Below are positions 9,422 through 19,382 of a stretch of DNA of 45,908 bases, in pieces. The DNA comes from Prasinococcaceae sp. CCMP 1430 (taxonomy: Eukaryota > Plantae > Prasinodermophyta). The notes under the pieces are model-generated. The model had not been told where the DNA came from. It searched no databases and saw nothing but the letters and a program-made list of their open reading frames with translations. The translations under genes were made by a program, and so were the position numbers. Every line of letters begins with the position of its first letter. Within the stretch, counting starts at the first letter, position 1. The stretch lies in NCBI GenBank assembly GCA_013416795.1, contig RQSC01001001.1:1-45908 (forward strand), written 5' to 3'.

Positions 9422-10231
9422 TCACTTCCCGCGGCCGTAGGCGAAGTAGTGGATGCAGACGACGAACACCGCGGCGCCCAGGGTGTTGCCGATGGTCACG
9501 GGGATGATGTTGTTGAACAGCATCTGCGGCACGCTGACGGGCGCGCCGGCGAGCATGCCCTGCGGGATGAGGAGCATGTTGGCGACGCTGTGCTCGAAGC
9601 CGAGCGCCACGAACGCACTGACCGGCAGCGTGACGGCGAGCATCTTGCCCGTGACGGTCTGCGAGGCGGTCGCGCCCCACACAGCGAGGCACACCAGCCA
9701 GTTGCCCAGCACTCCCTTGGCCACGGCCGCCGCGAATGGCGCCGACACCTTGGCGACTGCCACGCCGGCCGCCGCGGCGGACACCGCGGGCGACGCCGTC
9801 GCCTGCGCCACGCACGCCAGCCACGCCAGGAGGAGCGCGCCCACGAAGTTGCCCGCGTAGGAAGCGCACCAGCTGCGCACGAGCGCCGCCTTATCGACCG
9901 CGCCCGTCAGCAGGCCGCTGAGCATCACCATGACGTTGCCGGTGTAGAGCTCCGCCCCCGTGAGCACCACCAGGCTCAGGCCGGTGGGCAAGCCCACGAG
10001 GCCCTTGAGGATGTCGGTGAGCCCTGGGTTGGCGGCGGCGAGCGCCGGGCTGGCACCGCCCACCTTGACCATGAGCGCGCCGCCCATGCCGATCAGCATG
10101 CCCGCCGAGATGCCGAGCACGAAGGTCTTGGCGATGCTGTACGAGGCCTTGGCCTTGCTCGCACCCACCAGCGCGTTGAAGACCGCCGGCGGCGGCAGCG
10201 CGAGGCCGGGCGCGGGCGCAAGGCTGGGCAC
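9422..10231 (-). CDS. NAR1: Formate/nitrite transporter (NAR1-like); 5' end unresolved
   Basis: FNT motifs LGISAGMLIGMG, GLSLVVLTGAELYTGN, SYAGNFVGA, KGVLGNWLVCLAVW, FVALGFEHSVANM and NIIPVTIGNTLGA. No in-frame ATG lies upstream of the conserved region. Confidence 0.9.
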   Translation of the reverse strand: MPSLAPAPGLALPPPAVFNALVGASKAKASYSIAKTFVLGISAGMLIGMGGALMVKVGGASPALAAANPGLTDILKGLVGLPTGLSLVVLTGAELYTGNVMVMLSGLLTGAVDKAALVRSWCASYAGNFVGALLLAWLACVAQATASPAVSAAAAGVAVAKVSAPFAAAVAKGVLGNWLVCLAVWGATASQTVTGKMLAVTLPVSAFVALGFEHSVANMLLIPQGMLAGAPVSVPQMLFNNIIPVTIGNTLGAAVFVVCIHYFAYGRGK

Positions 10232-10310
10232 GGGCTCGGGCGCAGAGCGCGGGCGATACGCGCACGCGCGGCATGCGCCGCTGCCGCGTCACCTCCGCGT
10301 GAGTCCCGTG

Positions 10311-11541
10311 ATGATGGCAACGCTGGCCGATGCATACGCCCCCGCAGAACGCCGCGCGGCGCGGCGAATCGTGCTTGTCGATGCGTCGCCCGTGCTGTAT
10401 CGCTCGTTCCACTCCAAAGGACTCGCCGGGCTGCGCACGACGAGCGGCGTGCCGACATCGGCTGTGTACGGGCTGTGCGCTCACGTGCTCGCCCTGCTCG
10501 AATCCAACCCGCACGCTGCGGCTGTGGTCTTCGACGCGCCAGGCGGCAGCGAGGCCCGCCGCGAAATCCACGACGGCTACAAGGCCGGCCGCCCCCCGAT
10601 GCCCGATGAGCTGCGCGCACAGCTTCCGCTCGCTCAGGAGATGGTCGAGCTCATGGGTGTGCGCGCGCTCAGAGTAGAGGGCGTGGAGGCGGACGACACG
10701 ATCGCCACGATCGCGAAACGCCTGTCTGGAGATGACACGCTCGTGCAGATCGTCTCCTCAGACAAGGACTTTTTCCAGCTGCTTGAGACGGGGCGGGTGG
10801 AGATGCTGCGGCCCGTGGCGGCGGGCACGTCCGAACCATACACGGAGGGGGACTTCCGCGAGGACTGGGGCCTCGAGCCAGCGCAATTTTTGGACGTCCT
10901 TGCACTCATGGGGGACTCGGCGGACAACATTCCTGGTCTGAAGGTACGCCAGCGCGCGCGCGATGGATCGCGCGCGTGCCGATGCACGCTGCCCGACGGA
11001 AAGGGTCTGCTCGTGCGCGTGGGCGTGCATCGCCATGTGCTGACGTGACCCTTGCTCTCTGTGCGCTGCGGTGTGCGCGCAGGGCGTTGGCAAGAAGACC
11101 GCCATGAAGCTGCTCGCACAGTTTGGCGATCTCGAAAGCGCGATCGCCAACGCGGAGCAGGTGAAGGGCAAGCTGGCGCGCGAGGGGCTCATGCACAACG
11201 CGGATCAGGCGCGATTGAGCCGCGTCCTTGCTGCCCCCAGGTTCGACGTCGATGTGGGTGCAGCCTTGGGGGTCAACACCGATGAGGATGTCGCGCGCGC
11301 GCTGGCCGTCGACTTGGCAGGCGTTGACGTCGACGCCACGCACGCCGCCATGGACGCGCTGCAGCTGAAGCGATTTCGGCCGCGCTGGGACGAGCTCGTC
11401 GAGGCCGCGCGCATCGTCGCCGCGCAGCCATGGGCCGTGGACGCTGGCAGCGGCGGCGGTGGCGGCGGCGCGCCCGCGGGCCGCGCGCACGTGGACGGTG
11501 ACTTCCTCCGATCCGCCGACGAGGAGCAGCTGCCGTTCTGA
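10311..11541 (+). CDS. PolI-like 5'-3' exonuclease (organellar OEX-type), 363 aa; exons 10311-10943, 11083-11541
   Basis: VLVDASPVLYRSFH, VVFDAPGG, YKAGR, GVEADDTIAT, IVSSDKDFFQL and LMGDSADNIPGLK|GVGKKTA (H3TH motif rebuilt across a GTACGC..CGCAG intron). No polymerase domain. Confidence 0.9.
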
Positions 11542-12431
11542 GCGCGAGCTCGGGCCCGCCCCGCGCCCCGCGCGCGCCGCATGCGTGCTCACAGCCGCCA
11601 GGGCTGAGCGCGTGACCGCGGAGCCCAGCCCGGTGAGGACGCGGCGCGCCCGCCATAAGTCCCCCACCCGCCCACACACACGCTCGCTGCGGCCGCGCGG
11701 CGCGCCGCGAGCGGAGGGGCGCGCGCGCGATCGACCACGTTCGTTGTCTCAATTAAACCAATGTCACATGTACCCACGGGCGATCTCCCATGTGGTGCGC
11801 GCCTTTTGACCCTCTCGATTTGATGGGGTGGTGGGGGGGGGGGCGCTCTGCGTGCCTCCCCGCGTCGGTTGCCGCCGCGGCCCATTTCCCGCCCGCCGCC
11901 GCTCGGAAAAAAAAAAAAAAAAGAGCGCGTCATTACGACTATCGCTCCATCATCGCTGTGCTCATCACTCATCGCCGCGACCGCGGACGCCGCCTCCGCA
12001 TCCGCCTCCGACCTCAATCGACCGCGGCATCGTTCGTCGCGCCGCCCCGTCCGCCCGGCCCTGCCCATCATTCATGGGAGGTGCGACCCGATGACGCGGC
12101 GGCGTGACGAGGTACGCGCCGCGGCACTTTGGCCTGGGCTTGGGCTTTGGCCTGGGTTCGTTGGCGCGGGAGCGCGCGCGCGGCGTACTGCGGCGGCGGG
12201 AACCCCAACACACACACAGTGCAGAAAAGAGAAGTGTGTTTGTGTTTTTTTTTTTTACGCGGCCTGGTTTTTTTTTCGCGCCGCGGTGCGTTTTGGCGTA
12301 GGATGGCGGGTGGGGCGCGGGCCTCGGATCGACGGGAGCGGCGCGGCGAAAGTGGGTCCGGCCGGAGGGTGTTCAGGTGCGGAAGGGGGCGGACGCGCGA
12401 TGGCCCCGTACGGCCAGGAGCGAAGGATTGA

Positions 12432-13784
12432 GCGTCGGGCTCGGGGCGGGCGGCGGAGGGCGCGGGGGCCACGACGAGCCAAACGCTCACGAGCCTCAAG
12501 ACCGGCACGCACGTCTACACCATCAAGGGCTACTCGCTGCTCGTCAACCGAGGCGTCGGCGAGGCCGTCTCGAGCGAGCAGTTCGAGGCGGGCGGCCACA
12601 GCTGGACGGTGCACTTCTATCCAGGTGAGTGCAACGCGCTGGCGCTCCTGGGCTGCGCGCCGCGAGAGCGCAGGGGCTGCCACGCGCCTCGCGGCGGCCG
12701 CTGCGTGGCCTCTGACGCGTGCGCGCGACGCTGCGCGTGGATCCTGGCGCAACCGCGCGCGCCGCATCCCGAACGCACTTCGCCTGCGCGCCTCACGCAA
12801 TTTGTCCTCCTTCGCGCGCTCCCGCGCGCAGGTGGATACAACGACGAAGGGAGCAATGCGGAGTACGTGGCGCTCTCGCTCACGCTGGCGTCGGAGGCGA
12901 CCAACCTGTGGGCGCTGTACACGTTCACGATGGTCGACCAAAGCGGCAAGGGCGAGGACAAGTCCATGGGACGCTCCGTCGCGCGCGGTCCGTGCAAGTT
13001 CGAGAGCATCAATTTCCGGCGCGGCAAGCCAAGGTTCATCAAGCGCGCTGAGCTCCAGAGCAGTGGCCTGCTGATGAACGACACTGTGGTGGTGCGCTGC
13101 GAGGTCAGCGTGGTCGTCACCGAGACGACGGTGCCTTCCGAGGGCCCGTACATCCACGTGCCGCCCGCGCGCGTCGGGGAGGATCTTGCCAAGCTCATGC
13201 ATGACGAGAGCAGCTGCGACGTGACGTTCATAGTGGGCGAGGAGCGCGAGCGCATCAGGGCACACAAGCTCATCCTCGGAGCGCGCTCGGACGTGTTTTT
13301 GACGATGTTCAACTCGCCCATGCGGCAAGGGCAGGAGGAAGGCATGGAGGTCGTGCAGGACACGCAACCCGAAGTCTTCAGAGCGCTGCTCCATTTTGTC
13401 TACACGGGTGAGCTGCGCGCGCGCGACGACACACCGGAGATGAGCCAGCACCTTTTGCGCGCGGCGGATTTCTTCAGACTCGACAGGCTGCGCCTGATGT
13501 GCGAGAGGCGGCTCTGCGAGAAGGTCGACGCCTCCAACGTGTCGACTACTCTCGTGCTGGCGGACATGCACAACGCCCAGCAGCTCAAGCAAGTGTGCCT
13601 CGACTACGCCGCGGCCAACCTGCAGGGGGTGATGTCATCGGACGGTTTCGGGACCCTCATGCAATACGACAGGTCGCTGCACCTTGAGGTGCTCGAGGCA
13701 GCCGCTAATCTCATTGAGAGCGACAGGAAGCACCTGGACGAGGATGGCAACGCGCGCGGCGCCAAGCGACGGCGCACGCGATGA
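12432..13784 (+). CDS. BPM: BTB/POZ-MATH protein (plant BPM/SPOP-like CUL3 adaptor); exons about 12432-12624 and 12832-13784; start unresolved
   Basis: MATH: HVYTIKGYS, FEAGGHSWTVHFYP|GGY, YVALSLTL, FIKRAELQSSGLLMNDTVVVRCEV. BTB: DVTFIVG, AHKLILGARSDVF, FRALLHFVYT, LLRAADFF, LRLMCE. BACK: LKQVCLDY. The intron 12625-12831 (GTGAGT..GCAG) joins the frames. Confidence 0.9.
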   Translation, partial: ASGSGRAAEGAGATTSQTLTSLKTGTHVYTIKGYSLLVNRGVGEAVSSEQFEAGGHSWTVHFYPGECNALALLGCAPRERRGCHAPRGGRCVASDACARRCAWILAQPRAPHPERTSPARLTQFVLLRALPRAGGYNDEGSNAEYVALSLTLASEATNLWALYTFTMVDQSGKGEDKSMGRSVARGPCKFESINFRRGKPRFIKRAELQSSGLLMNDTVVVRCEVSVVVTETTVPSEGPYIHVPPARVGEDLAKLMHDESSCDVTFIVGEERERIRAHKLILGARSDVFLTMFNSPMRQGQEEGMEVVQDTQPEVFRALLHFVYTGELRARDDTPEMSQHLLRAADFFRLDRLRLMCERRLCEKVDASNVSTTLVLADMHNAQQLKQVCLDYAAANLQGVMSSDGFGTLMQYDRSLHLEVLEAAANLIESDRKHLDEDGNARGAKRRRTR

Positions 13785-14435
13785 GCGCGAGGCGGAGGAA
13801 CCCAGATCCTACGCACCCCTTCTAGACGTCTTAAGCAGACCCAAGCGCAAGCTCGCCGATAGGAACGCAACAGCGCCGTAAGATTTTCGGCCACTCGTTC
13901 TTTGAACTCGTACTGCACATCCGTCTTGAGCGCTCGTGTGCGGTCGCGGGCGCTGGACCCTCCTCCGTTGTGATTCTCATACTGTGCGTGCGGGAATCTT
14001 GACTTACGGAGCGCGCGCCTGCGAGCAGCGCCTCACGCCGGCGGGAGCTTGGTAGCCTAAGGCGCTGCCACCTCGTCATGCTCCCAGGACAGGCCCTCCT
14101 GTACATTGATTGGACAAGAAATCACGCTCGAGCAGGCTCATTGCGAGGACCGGCTTGTCACCTTCGGACTGGTCCGAGGCACGCCGTCAACCCGCCCGTG
14201 CCCTCGCACGCCTGCGCGAGCATACTGATGCCGTGGAGGGGAGCGAGGAGGCGGGGGAGCGCAAATGCTTGCGATCTCTTACTGTACGTAGTACTACTGT
14301 GTTGCTTGCTTTGCGAGAGCCGCCCTCCCCGCGTCTTCAGAGGTCTGCATGCAGAGCCCACGCACCCACGCAGGCGAGCCCGCGCACGAGACGAGTTTTC
14401 GTGCGCGTGCCGATGTGCCCGCGTGCATGCGCTCT

Positions 14436-14480
14436 TTCGAGCAGCGGCCCCCATGTGTGGGTTTCGGCTACTGCTGTCAT
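14436..14480 (-). promoter_or_regulatory. Eukaryotic type II SECIS element (core and apical part; helix I extends about 10 nt each side)
   Basis: Minus strand reads ATGAC AGCAGTAGCC GAAA CCCA CACA TGGG GGCCGCTGCT CGAA. It has the AUGA/GA quartet, a 10-bp helix II with one A-C mismatch and one U-G pair, unpaired AAA 12 nt after AUGA and an apical CCCA/UGGG mini-stem. It lies about 140 nt downstream of the TAG of a gene with an in-frame TGA. Confidence 0.88.
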
Positions 14481-14619
14481 GTGCGTGCTCCGCCGGGATG
14501 AGACAGGGTCGAGAGAAGGGGAGGGTGGACTCGCGCGCAGCAGCTCACACATCCGAATGCGCATGGACACATCCGCACCCTGCGCGTGCGCACAACCGCG
14601 CTCGCAGCACTCCCGTCGC

Positions 14620-15479
14620 CTAGAGCAGCGCAGCGGCGGCGGTTGCAGCGAGCGCGCCGACCGCGGACGCGCGCACGCGAACGAGCATGCGCCCGGCGCC
14701 GCTGCTGGCTCCATCCGTGTCATCACTGCCATCATCGCCTTCGGCGCGCGCGGGCGCGTCCGATGAAGGTGGGGTCGCATCATCCTGTGCCGGCGGAGGG
14801 GGACTGGCGCTGCCAACACCAGCCAGTGCGGCCTCGATTGCCTGCACCGGCGCGTGCGCGCATGTGTGAGTACGCACGCGCGCGTGCAGGTCTGCCAACA
14901 CACGCTGGCGCTTGCGAGGGTCCGTGCGAGCGAACTCACCTCGTCGAGCAGGCCCGGCGTCGTTTCAGACCTGAATTTCGTGACGATTTCCTCGACCTCA
15001 CCGGCAGGTGTAATCACGACGAAGCGTGGGCGGCTCGATGTGAACCACGTCGAGCCCAGGTTCTCGGTGTCGCGGAGCGTGGCGATGGCGGTGTTGGCCC
15101 CGCCAGAGTATGTGGGCCATGCGTCGCAATCGCTGCTGCTCGTTGTCCAGAGGAGCGTCGCAAAGCGCACGCGGTCGCCGTACTTGGTTTTGGCGTCGCT
15201 GGCATACTCGTCGAAAAGTGGCGCTGCGGCCCTGCACGAACCTCAGTTTACGAAGCTCTTGTCAAGCACGAGCACGTTGCCGTCGCCGAGCAGGCTCTCA
15301 ATGGATGCCTCATCAGCGCCGCCCGCGGCTGCGGCGCCGTCGCACACGGAGAAGCTGCGAACGAGCACGTCCTGCGTGAGCGCGTCGCCGGCGCCGAACG
15401 GTGCCTGCGCGCGCGCGGCCGGCGCGAGCGCGAGCGCCAGGGTGGCGGCGAGCGCACTCGCCACGGTGCGGCGCCTCAT
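14620..15479 (-). CDS. Predicted secreted, GPI-anchored thioredoxin-fold (TlpA/redoxin-like) selenoprotein with a UGSC motif, 253 aa; exons 15479-14940 and 14841-14620; Sec codon TGA at 15245-15243
   Basis: Reading through the TGA gives GDGNVLVLDKSFVN-U-GSC-RAAAPLFDEYASDAKTKYGDRVRFATLL ... RPRFVVITPAGEV, which has the Trx beta1-UxxC-alpha, beta2 and cis-Pro/beta3-beta4 pattern. Signal peptide ...ALALAPAARA|Q. Intron 14939-14842 is GTGAGT..GTGCAG. The C-terminus is DGASSGAGRMLVRVRASAVGALAATAAAALL*. A SECIS lies in the 3'UTR. Confidence 0.87.
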
Positions 15480-16216
15480 CCCGCGCGACGAGGAAGCCCG
15501 CCGCTCTCGGGGTGGGTACGCGCGGCGTCTGCCGCCCGCGCGGGCAGGCGCGCGCGCGCCGCGCCTAGAAGCCACATGGATGCCACGTCACCCGCCGATT
15601 GCCAAGCATCCTCGTACGAAGACCTCGCACACCGCCCAGATGGTGCGCGTCACAGCGCGTGCCCAGCACGCGCGCGCGCGCACGCGCGCTCGGGGAACGA
15701 ACCGGCGCATCCAATGGCGGAGAGACATCCGTGGTCGTGCTCCCGGTCTTTTGGGGGGGCGATCCCCGACTGTTCGGGTGTCCTCCCTATTTACCCGGGA
15801 TCGACTCCCGCTCGCAGACTCGATCGCGATTTTCATTTCATTTCCATTATTTCCCCTCATCTCATCCTCATCAGAGCGAGTGCAGTGCGCCACCCTGGTC
15901 ACCACACACCTAGCAGGCCCGCACGCGGCGCGCGCGGATTTTGAATCGGCACAGCGCGCACGCGCGACGGCCGCAGGCTCGCCCCACCCCTCTCTCTCCG
16001 TCCGGACACCCGCCAGCAAGCTCGCCCTGCCGGCACGTCCCACTGCCAGTGGTACTGCGCAGGCCGCGCGCCCCGCGAGAGTCGCGCCCGCCCGCGTTGA
16101 GCAAGCCGCGCCCGCCGCCATCAGCCTGAGGGTGCGCGGCCCGTCCGGAGCGCGGCGCCAACGCCTTCGGCGGCGACCATTCTGGTTGCTACCTCGCCAG
16201 GCAGCAACAGCAGCGG

Positions 16217-18069
16217 ATGCCCTCCACCGCAGCACTGCTGCGACTGGTGGTGGTGAGCGTGGGGACCGTGCGCGCGCCAGACGCACAGAAGGCGCAGGCG
16301 GACGTGTGGCGCAACGCCGAGCAGTCGGGGGCGTTGCGTGCCGGCGGCGGGGTCGAATTGGTAGCGTTCGCGCCCTTCAATGAGAGCGTGCAGGGCCTGC
16401 AAGCGGCGAGCGCGTCCCTCAGCGAAAGCGCCGCCGAGGGTCCGCGAGGGGGAAGGGCGCTTCCCCTGATCGCAGATGACGCAAGCCCTTGCGGGAGGCC
16501 GTCGGCGGCATGTTGGAGGGCTCATGACAATCACAGCGCCGACAGCGGTCATCACGTCGGACAAGCTTTTCGCCAAAAGTCGGCGGGGTGGTGGTGCGCG
16601 CAGCAGCGCCCGCTGGCAGCTCTGAACGTGGTCAAGAGAGCCTACCCCCCGCGCACCGCTGAGAATTCTGCCGGTGTCGACTACTACCTCGTGCTGGATG
16701 ACGACACGTGCGTAGACGGTAGACGCGCCAGCGAAACGCCAGCCGCACGACTGTCCGTCCGTCAGTGGATCTTGCGAACGCCGCCATTCGATCAGCGCAG
16801 CCGCGTGACCTGCTCCACCTCACATGCTGACTCTTGCACTTCGTCTGCACATTGCATGACAGGTACGTTGACGTGCCACGATTCGCGGCCCTCCTTCCAT
16901 TGCTCCGCCACATGAACGCGGACGTGATAGGCATAGTCTTTTATGGTGTAGGATTGATGGGCGGCGCCGGCTATGTGCTCAGTGGCAAAGCACTGTCGTG
17001 CATGGACATGGCAGCATGTGCTGCGCGAGCTCGTGGCGCCCGGGAGTGGTGCTATTGGCATTCGGACTGGCAGGTCACAGAATGCGTGCGTCGTTCGGTG
17101 GGAGGGGGGTGCGGGCATGAATTGCGGTACGTGAACGCACGGACTCTTTTCAGCCAAGTGTGCAGAGACGGAGACATCGGTCAAAGTGCAGCACTAACAG
17201 GGCCCCTGCGAGTAAGCCGGCTGGACAAAGACTTCACGCGCATGTCCACGCGGTTTGGTCTTCACATCGAATCAACTGGTTTGTCCCATTTGGACCATCG
17301 GGCTCGTTCCTACGTTGGCGACGAGCCGCCTGCTCCACACGAACCACGTCGCTCAAGCACATGGGTGACGTGCCATAACGTCTCTCCGCAACGCATGCTC
17401 TCTCTGTCCGCAGCCGATATACCCAGCGGAGTGGACAGCACGTCGAGGCACGCCCTACACACAGAGCTCCTGCGGTCGCTCGCTCCGAAATTTCGCCAGG
17501 ATTGGTGCACCAAAGCCCAGGTTGGGGCTGTCCAGCATGCGGCAACCGCGGCGTGTGTGCGTGACATCGATCGCCTCGCGGAGCTCCACGCTAGTGGCGG
17601 AGCCGCGGCTGTGGCGGCAATTTTTGAGCAGCGACTCCTCCTCAAGCCCGCTGGGCAGCCTGCTCTGCAGCTATTCAATGAGCTCATAGCTCGACGTGTT
17701 GCTCGCCTACCTGGCGCTCCCGAAGATGTTCTTCGAAGAGCGAGCGAGATGCCAATCTTTGCTGAGATGAAAGACTTACAAGACAGCACTGCCGTTCAAC
17801 GCAACAAGGAGCTGTGTGAGAAGCGTGTCCGACGAGGCATGTTTGGGCGCTACGGGTCAAGCCTGAAATGGTTTCGCAACACCACGCTCGCACTCGATGA
17901 TCCCCTCGTGTCCAGCGTTCTCACACGGCCGCTGTGCTCTATCGACGGCTTCGTGCAGGTCGTGCGCGAGATCGAGCCACAGGCGACCCCGGACGCCTGC
18001 GGCTTGGCGTCTGTGCACGCGCCTTCCTCGCAGCAGGCTCCTCTACTCACACCAACATGCCCCGTCTGA
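16217..18069 (+). CDS. Fringe-like/GT31 beta-1,3-glycosyltransferase, about 565 aa; exons 16217-16707, 16863-18069
   Basis: Splicing the intron 16708-16862 rebuilds DYYLVLDDDT-YVDVPRFAALL (DxD motif). Also LMGGAGYVLS and WHSDWQVTEC, which are typical of GT31/Fringe proteins. Confidence 0.75.
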
Positions 18070-18207
18070 CTACTAAACTTAATACGCACGCAGGAGCTAC
18101 TGCTGGCGCTGGGCGCGTGCTAGCGAGGATATGGAGGGAGTAGTCCCATCCCAGTGGAAGTGTACAAAATTTTACAAAGCTCGACAGCGCGCGTTGGATG
18201 GAACTCG

Positions 18208-19382
18208 TCACCGTGCGTTAATCTCGAAGACGACACGCGTCCCACCGACACTGGGCACCGGCGAGGGTATGATCTCATTGTCTCTCGCATACGCATTGAA
18301 GGCGTCCTGCATGGCCAGCAATATGTCGTTGCTGCTGTCTCCACTAGCCTTGCTGCCACCCTTGCCCACACCCTTGCCCTGCCGCGTCCAAGCGATGCAT
18401 CGGATGTCGCGCCAGGAGCATGTCAGTTTCGTCAACTTTCAATTTCAGCGCATGCGCGCCGAAGGTCCGCACGGACCCCCTCTCCCTCTTTTCGCGCGCG
18501 CACCTTCCCGCCGCCCCCGCGCTGCCACATGACCGTCTCTGTGAGCATGTACGCCTGGAATTCGTTGGCCACCAGCTCCTCGTTGCTGACGTCGTAGTTG
18601 AGACCACCCAGGAAATCAAGCCACGTTTGCCGCTGTGTGACATCGAGGCGGTCGGCATAGTAGCACTCGCACAGCGAGCGAAAGCCATCGCACACGTACC
18701 ACAGCCCATGCATGGCCTCGTGCAGGAGCGCCTCGCGCACCTCCGAACGCTCGGCACCTGCGGCGATCGCAAGCAGCGCGCACTTCTTGCCCGCGGCCTC
18801 GACCCCGCTGGGCGCGTGGCGGCTCGCGCGCAACAGTCCCTCTGCTAGCAGGGCACCCCTGAGTGCCTCCTCGGCGCTCGTGAGCCCGCCAGCTGCGACT
18901 GCTGCCGCATCGAGGAATGCGCAGAACTCCGAAGCACGCATGTTGTGGCCCGAGTAGAGCGCGGCGCCGCCCATGCGGCCCACATCGAGGCGCTCTACGA
19001 CGGTACCAGCGCGCGCGGCGTCCTCCAGAAACGTGGAAGCGCGCGCCAGCGCGTCGCGCTGCGCGCCCATTGACGCAAAGCGCACGAGCGCCACCTCAGG
19101 GTGCGCGTCCCAGCGCGCGAGCTCGAAAGGCGCAGCGCGCTCGCCGCAGCTGCCGACCGCTTCGTTTCCCGTGCCCTTGCCTGCACGCTTGTTCGCGCCA
19201 ATGCCGCTCTTCTTACCCTTCTTGCCACCCCCGCCGGCGGCGAGCTCGCCACTGTCGGTGCCCTTCCCCCGGGCCGCGCACAACGCTGTGCCGTCCAGCA
19301 GGCTCCGCGCGAGCGTCTCGAGCGACGCACGCGGCGCCGTGCCGCCGCCGCCCCCGCCGCCCCCGCTGCCCTTGTATGGCAT
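18208..19382 (-). CDS. Conserved hypothetical protein with an HEXXH (HEAMH) zinc-binding motif, 349 aa; exons 19382-18504, 18378-18208
   Basis: Globular, gene-like segment YSGHNMRASEF...LLHEAMHGLWY...LNYDVSNEELVANEFQAYM. A GTGCGC..GGCAG intron joins the last exon in frame. Confidence 0.72.

Noticed and set aside
12429-12431. In-frame TGA upstream of the BPM MATH domain as a second Sec codon
   Set aside because: It lies in unconserved low-complexity sequence with no redox motif, and I found no SECIS downstream of BPM on the plus strand.
15234-15245. Assigning the selenoprotein to the prokaryotic 'UGSC-containing protein' family on the motif alone
   Set aside because: The surrounding sequence follows a TlpA/redoxin thioredoxin pattern, and a shared tetrapeptide is not enough without a profile search.
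15232-15251. A 20-nt GT..AG segment (GTAAACTGAGGTTCGTGCAG) that would splice out the selenoprotein TGA
   Set aside because: It is far shorter than any other intron here (about 98-350 nt), it would shift the frame, and it would delete the motif Cys. The SECIS supports Sec instead.
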